DNA of 64,000 bases, taken from positions 160,001 through 224,000 of the forward strand of contig JAVJQW010000046.1 of assembly GCA_040218735.1 (NCBI GenBank), written 5' to 3'. The DNA is from Deltaproteobacteria bacterium (GTDB lineage: Bacteria; Myxococcota; Kuafuiibacteriia; Kuafuiibacteriales; Kuafuiibacteriaceae). Under the pieces are notes generated by a model. That model saw only the letters and a list, made by a program, of their open reading frames with translations, was not told the DNA's origin and did not search any database. A program made the translations under genes and the position numbers. This document shows positions 59,834 through 64,000 of the stretch, one piece after another (position 1 is the stretch's first letter; every line of letters begins with the position of its first letter).

Positions 59834-62178
59834 GCCGGGGCCTCCTGTCCGTCGTGTCGGTAGAGCGGCACGTTCGACGCGGTTACCGCGGCGGCAACGT
59901 CGACGACGTCGGTGACACGTTCGTCGATCACCACCGACCCGACCACGGCGCCCGAGGACTCGAACCGGTGGATCACGAGGTCGTCGTCCACGATGTCGAG
60001 GATCTCCTGCACGACCAGGCCGACCTGCGCGCCGTTGTGGCGATACACGATCACCTCCACGACGTCGTCGTCGCGGCTCGGGCGCTGAAGTCCGAGCGCG
60101 TCGGCGAGGTAGACCAGCGGCAGGATCCGTCCGCGGTACTGGAGCACGCTGGTTCGACCCGAGCTCTCGATTCGCGAGGCGGGGAGCTCCTCCAGACGTG
60201 ACACGGTCGACAGCGGAATCGCGACGCGGTGGTCTTCGCCCGCCGTGAACAGAAGGAGGGTCTCCTGGCGACCGGAGCTGGCGTCGTTCTCCGACTCGAG
60301 CTCACGCGCCTGCCGGTCACCGCGTTCGTGCAGCCCGGCGACCTGCGCGATGCCCAACACGTCGAGGATCAGCGCCACCGAGCCGTCGCCCATGATCGTC
60401 GCGCCCGAGAACGTGACGATGTCGTTGAGGAGGCTCGCGAGCGGCTTCACGACGATCTCCTCGGTGTCGTTGATCTCGTCGACGACGAGGCCGAAGCTCT
60501 GCCCGTCCGCTTGCAGCACGACGATGTTCACGATCGGCTCGTCGTCACTCTCGGGGCGCTCGACCGGTGGGTGATCGAGGACTTCGTCGAGGTAGATCAG
60601 CGGGAGGAGGTTGCCGCGGAGTCGGTGAACCGGGACCCCCTGGATACGTTCGATTCCACGGACCGCCGTCTCACCTTCCAGCCGGACCAGCTCGAGCAAG
60701 CTGACTTGCGGGAGCGCGTACCGTTGCTCGCGGCACGTCACGGTCAGCGCGGGGATGATCGCGAGCGTCAGAGGGATCTTGATCTTGAGCGCGCTGCCCT
60801 GACCGTAGGAGCTGTTGATGTCCACGGCGCCGCCGATGCGCTCGATGTTCGATCGCACGACGTCCATCCCGACGCCGCGGCCGGAGATGTTCGTGACCTT
60901 CTCCGCGGTCGAGAAGCCGGGGAGGAAGATCAGGCTGAGGATCTCGCGGGTGCCGAGGCGGACCGCTTCCTCCGGACCGATGAGCCCCTTGTCGAGCGCC
61001 TTGCGCAAGACACGTTGCGGATCGATTCCGCCGCCATCGTCGCTGATCTCGATGTTGACCTGCCCACCCTCGTGGTATGCGCGACACACCACGGTGCCCT
61101 CGGCGGGTTTGCCGGCCGAGACGCGCTCCTCCGGCGACTCGATCCCGTGGTCCGCCGCGTTGCGGATGATGTGCGTGAGGGGGTCCTTGATCGCTTCGAG
61201 GATCGTTTTGTCGAGCTCGGTCTCCTGGCCTTCGAGCTCGAGCTTGATCTTCTTCCCGCACGTCGCGGCGAGGTCGCGGATGATTCGCGGGAACTTCGAC
61301 CAAACGTTTCCGATCGGCTGCATCCGCGTCTTCATGACGCTGTCCTGCAGCTCGCTGGTGATGTGGTTGAGGCGCTGCGCCGTGGCGTTGAGTGCGGCGT
61401 CGGAGTTCTGCGTCGTGTGCTGGAGCACCTGGTTGCGCGCGAGCACAAGCTCACCGACCAGCGTCATCAGGTTGTCGAGGAGGCCGACGTCGACGCGGAT
61501 CGACGCGTCGGCGACCGCGCCGGATGATTCTTTCTGAGACGCTCGCTTCGTCGGTTCGGGCTTGGGCGCGGCCTTCGGCGCCGGGGCGGGGGCCGGGGCG
61601 GCCGGTGGCGTGGGCTCGGGCGCGCTCGCCGCGACCTCCTCCGGCTTGGTGCGACGCTTCGCCTTGACCGGCTTGAAGTCGATCATCGCCTGCGGCAACG
61701 GCGCCTCGTCGGCCGCCGCCTCGACGACGGGCTCCGGCTCCGGTTCCGGCTCCGGCGGTGCCTCCTCGGGCGCGCCGACGCCGGCGCCGAGGCGCTCGAG
61801 CTCCGCGATCAGCTCCGGATAGTCCTTGCTGCCCTCGTTCCCGTCCGCCTCGATGCACGCCATGATCTCGCGCACGGCGTCCACCAGCGTCAGGAGCGCG
61901 CTGATGATCTCCGGCGTGATCTGGAGATCACCGTCACGGAGGTGCGAGAGCAGGCTCTCGCCGACGTGGGTGACCGCCTCGAGCTTCGAGAACGCCAAGA
62001 ACCCACACGTGCCCTTGATCGTATGGATGCACCTGAAGATGTTGGCGATCAGGTCCTTGTCGCCCGGATTCTGCTCCAGGGCGACGAAGTCGTTGTCCAG
62101 CTGATCGAGGCCTTCCAGACTCTCGACGAGAAATTCGGTGACGATGTCGTCCATGTGCGTTGGCTCTTCTGCCTTCAT
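59830..62178 (-). CDS. cheA: Chemotaxis histidine kinase CheA with tandem C-terminal CheW domains
   Basis: Hpt IFRCIHTIKG, HIIRNAADHGIE, GRGVGMDVV and two CheW-like domains. Confidence 0.96.
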   Translation of the reverse strand: MKAEEPTHMDDIVTEFLVESLEGLDQLDNDFVALEQNPGDKDLIANIFRCIHTIKGTCGFLAFSKLEAVTHVGESLLSHLRDGDLQITPEIISALLTLVDAVREIMACIEADGNEGSKDYPELIAELERLGAGVGAPEEAPPEPEPEPEPVVEAAADEAPLPQAMIDFKPVKAKRRTKPEEVAASAPEPTPPAAPAPAPAPKAAPKPEPTKRASQKESSGAVADASIRVDVGLLDNLMTLVGELVLARNQVLQHTTQNSDAALNATAQRLNHITSELQDSVMKTRMQPIGNVWSKFPRIIRDLAATCGKKIKLELEGQETELDKTILEAIKDPLTHIIRNAADHGIESPEERVSAGKPAEGTVVCRAYHEGGQVNIEISDDGGGIDPQRVLRKALDKGLIGPEEAVRLGTREILSLIFLPGFSTAEKVTNISGRGVGMDVVRSNIERIGGAVDINSSYGQGSALKIKIPLTLAIIPALTVTCREQRYALPQVSLLELVRLEGETAVRGIERIQGVPVHRLRGNLLPLIYLDEVLDHPPVERPESDDEPIVNIVVLQADGQSFGLVVDEINDTEEIVVKPLASLLNDIVTFSGATIMGDGSVALILDVLGIAQVAGLHERGDRQARELESENDASSGRQETLLLFTAGEDHRVAIPLSTVSRLEELPASRIESSGRTSVLQYRGRILPLVYLADALGLQRPSRDDDVVEVIVYRHNGAQVGLVVQEILDIVDDDLVIHRFESSGAVVGSVVIDERVTDVVDVAAAVTASNVPLYRHDGQEAPA

Positions 62179-62207
62179 CGGCGAAGAGCCACGCAGCTTG
62201 AGCCGGC

Positions 62208-63230
62208 CTACTCGAGAGGTTGCGGCGTGATGCCGCGGAGGTTCCAGTAGCTGTCCCCGTAATCGAACGACAGCTGCGAGCCCTTCTCGATGTCCTGGTT
62301 GGCGACCAGGATCGCGTGCCAGCTCCCGTCCAGGAACACGTAGCCGACGTCGGCGTTCGGGTTCGAGTCGTGGTTCACGAACCGCGTGTGGTTGCCGGCC
62401 TCGGCAGCGTCGATCGTCGAGAACGGCACGGGCGAGACGTCCGGCGCGGGGTGGTAGCCGATCGCGTACTCGTCCTCGGTCGGGTCGAACGCGAGCCGCC
62501 CCGCCGAGTGCGCGTGGTGCCGCTTCGCGAGGTCGCGGATGTCCGCGTCCGTCGGGATCTTCACCTCGCCGAGGTACTCGCCGAGGAACGTCCCCGCCGG
62601 AATGTCCGCCTCCGCGAAGACACCGTGCCCCGCGTCCCCCGCGGGACGAATCGAGACATTCGGGACGGCCTGGTTGCGAATCGCGTCACCGTATCGCTCG
62701 ACGAGCGCTTCGTGCTCCAGCCACCCGAGCTCGCCGCCGTTCGACAACACCACGTTGTCGATCCAACCGGGCGGGTACTTGTACTTCTCGAAGCGGTGCT
62801 CGAGGCCCTTCAACGGACCGTCCAGCGCACCCCAGAGGTTGGGGCGCTCACCGTCAGACCACAGGTTCGCATCGACCTGGTCGCTCCATTCAAGACACGC
62901 GTTGTCCGTCGGACGCTCCAGTCCATCGAGGAAGCGAATCCCGTGCGCCTCGACCTGCGTCTTCAGACGCGCCTTGTGGATCGCCTGGTCGTCGCGCATC
63001 GCGAGCTGGGGCAGCACGCGGCCGGACGACCCGACGCTCTGCGCGTGGTAGCCGCTCTCGGCGATCGGCGTGAGGCCGTGCGCCGTCGCGATGCGGTCGA
63101 GGTCGAGATCACTCAGCCCGTAGGCCTGCGCCATCTCGCGCACGCGGGTGGGGACGCCGTTTTGCCCCTGCGCGTTGCGCAGCTCGGTGAGGAGCAGTCG
63201 ACGCTTCCCCTCGCTGATCCGCTGCGCCAC
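62208..63230 (-). CDS. SET-domain protein-lysine methyltransferase
   Basis: GHGVFA..DI..GTFLGEY.GEV, RFVNH..NPN and LSFDYG.SYW; start uncertain. Confidence 0.88.
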   Translation of the reverse strand: MAQRISEGKRRLLLTELRNAQGQNGVPTRVREMAQAYGLSDLDLDRIATAHGLTPIAESGYHAQSVGSSGRVLPQLAMRDDQAIHKARLKTQVEAHGIRFLDGLERPTDNACLEWSDQVDANLWSDGERPNLWGALDGPLKGLEHRFEKYKYPPGWIDNVVLSNGGELGWLEHEALVERYGDAIRNQAVPNVSIRPAGDAGHGVFAEADIPAGTFLGEYLGEVKIPTDADIRDLAKRHHAHSAGRLAFDPTEDEYAIGYHPAPDVSPVPFSTIDAAEAGNHTRFVNHDSNPNADVGYVFLDGSWHAILVANQDIEKGSQLSFDYGDSYWNLRGITPQPLE

Positions 63231-63241
63231 GAGTTCGATCG

Positions 63242-64000
63242 CTAGCAGGCTTCGCGGAGGTTGGCGAGCAACCAGGTGGGCCGGGCTTCCGGCTCCAGGT
63301 CCTCCGGGATGGACTTCGTGAGCCCCCACTGCGCGAGCGCCGCGTCGATGCCAAATGCCCGCGCGCCCCGGATGTCCGTCGCGATCTGGTCGCCGATCAT
63401 CACGCAGCGCTCGGTCCCGACGCGACGCACCGCGGCGTCGAAGATCGCGGCGTGGGGCTTTCCGAGTCGGTCGAACGTGAAGTCGAGGCCCCAGAACCGC
63501 GTCCGGATCGCGTTCTCGATCAGCAGCGCGATGCTGCCCGCCGCGAAGCCGAACGCCCCCTCGGCCTGCGGGTAGATGAGGTCGGGGTTGGGGAGGACCA
63601 TCCGGAAGTCGCGGCCAGCTTCGAGCTGCGCGAACACGATCGACATCGCGCGCTCCACGCCGGGGAGGAAGTCGTAGCCGGCCTCGTCACCCGCGACGAC
63701 GACATCGAACCAACCCTCGGCCGCGTCACACGGCACCGGCTCGCCGCCGGCGCGCTCCACGTACCGGCACGTGTCGTCGGGGCCGATCACCAGGGTTCGG
63801 GCTCCGTCGAGACCGTGCCGGGCGAAGTAGTCCGTGAGCAGGCTCCCGGAGGTGACGACGCGCTCCGCGCGGATCGGGACGCCGCGCCCTCCGTAGATGC
63901 GGGCGCTCGTCGTCTCCAGCTTCGAGGCGTCGTTCGTGACGATCGCGTACGGCTTGTCTTCGCGCTCGAGTCGCTCGATCAGGTCCGCCGCGCCGGGCAG
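63242..64000 (-). CDS. HAD-IIA family hydrolase (NagD-like); 5' end lies outside the window
   Basis: LPGAADLI, VTNDAS, VVTSG, NPDLIYP, GKPHAAIF and MIGDQIATDI.GA. Confidence 0.88.
   Translation of the reverse strand: MPGAADLIERLEREDKPYAIVTNDASKLETTSARIYGGRGVPIRAERVVTSGSLLTDYFARHGLDGARTLVIGPDDTCRYVERAGGEPVPCDAAEGWFDVVVAGDEAGYDFLPGVERAMSIVFAQLEAGRDFRMVLPNPDLIYPQAEGAFGFAAGSIALLIENAIRTRFWGLDFTFDRLGKPHAAIFDAAVRRVGTERCVMIGDQIATDIRGARAFGIDAALAQWGLTKSIPEDLEPEARPTWLLANLREAC

Overview
GC-rich (about 70% by eye), gene-dense bacterial DNA that looks like Myxococcota: a MYXO-CTERM sorting signal, many Cys-rich lipoproteins, Ser/Thr kinases and three ECF sigma factors. About 56 CDS are supported. Recognisable genes are sixA, nuoJK, atpA, cydAB, atpF'/atpF/atpH, gltA, gspG, pth2, ctpA and cheA-cheW-MCP-cheB-cheR. 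I found no rRNA, tRNA, CRISPR array, transposase or integrase. Four observations stand out. (1) An ECF-sigma/kinase-linked operon (25.1-33.5 kb) appears to encode a split vitellogenin/MTP-like lipid-transfer protein plus a MYXO-CTERM surface protein; it shares an exact TGTCAC-N17-GGTCT promoter-like motif with a repeat lipoprotein at 35.8 kb. (2) A promoter-led, ~620-nt intergenic region with nested base-pairing potential lies directly upstream of a giant HEAT-HExxH-vWA protein, whose likely MoxR partner is 18 kb away. (3) Normally conserved operons are dispersed: atpH and atpA are 35 kb apart, and nuoJK and gspG are orphaned; the atp and nuo pieces carry their own near-leaderless sigma70-like promoters. 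(4) Several eukaryote-like or degenerate domains occur (LNS2/Nir, two-domain SuFu, SET, Pth2 fusion, globin-like MCP lacking the proximal His). All family calls come from motif recognition by eye; no searches were run.
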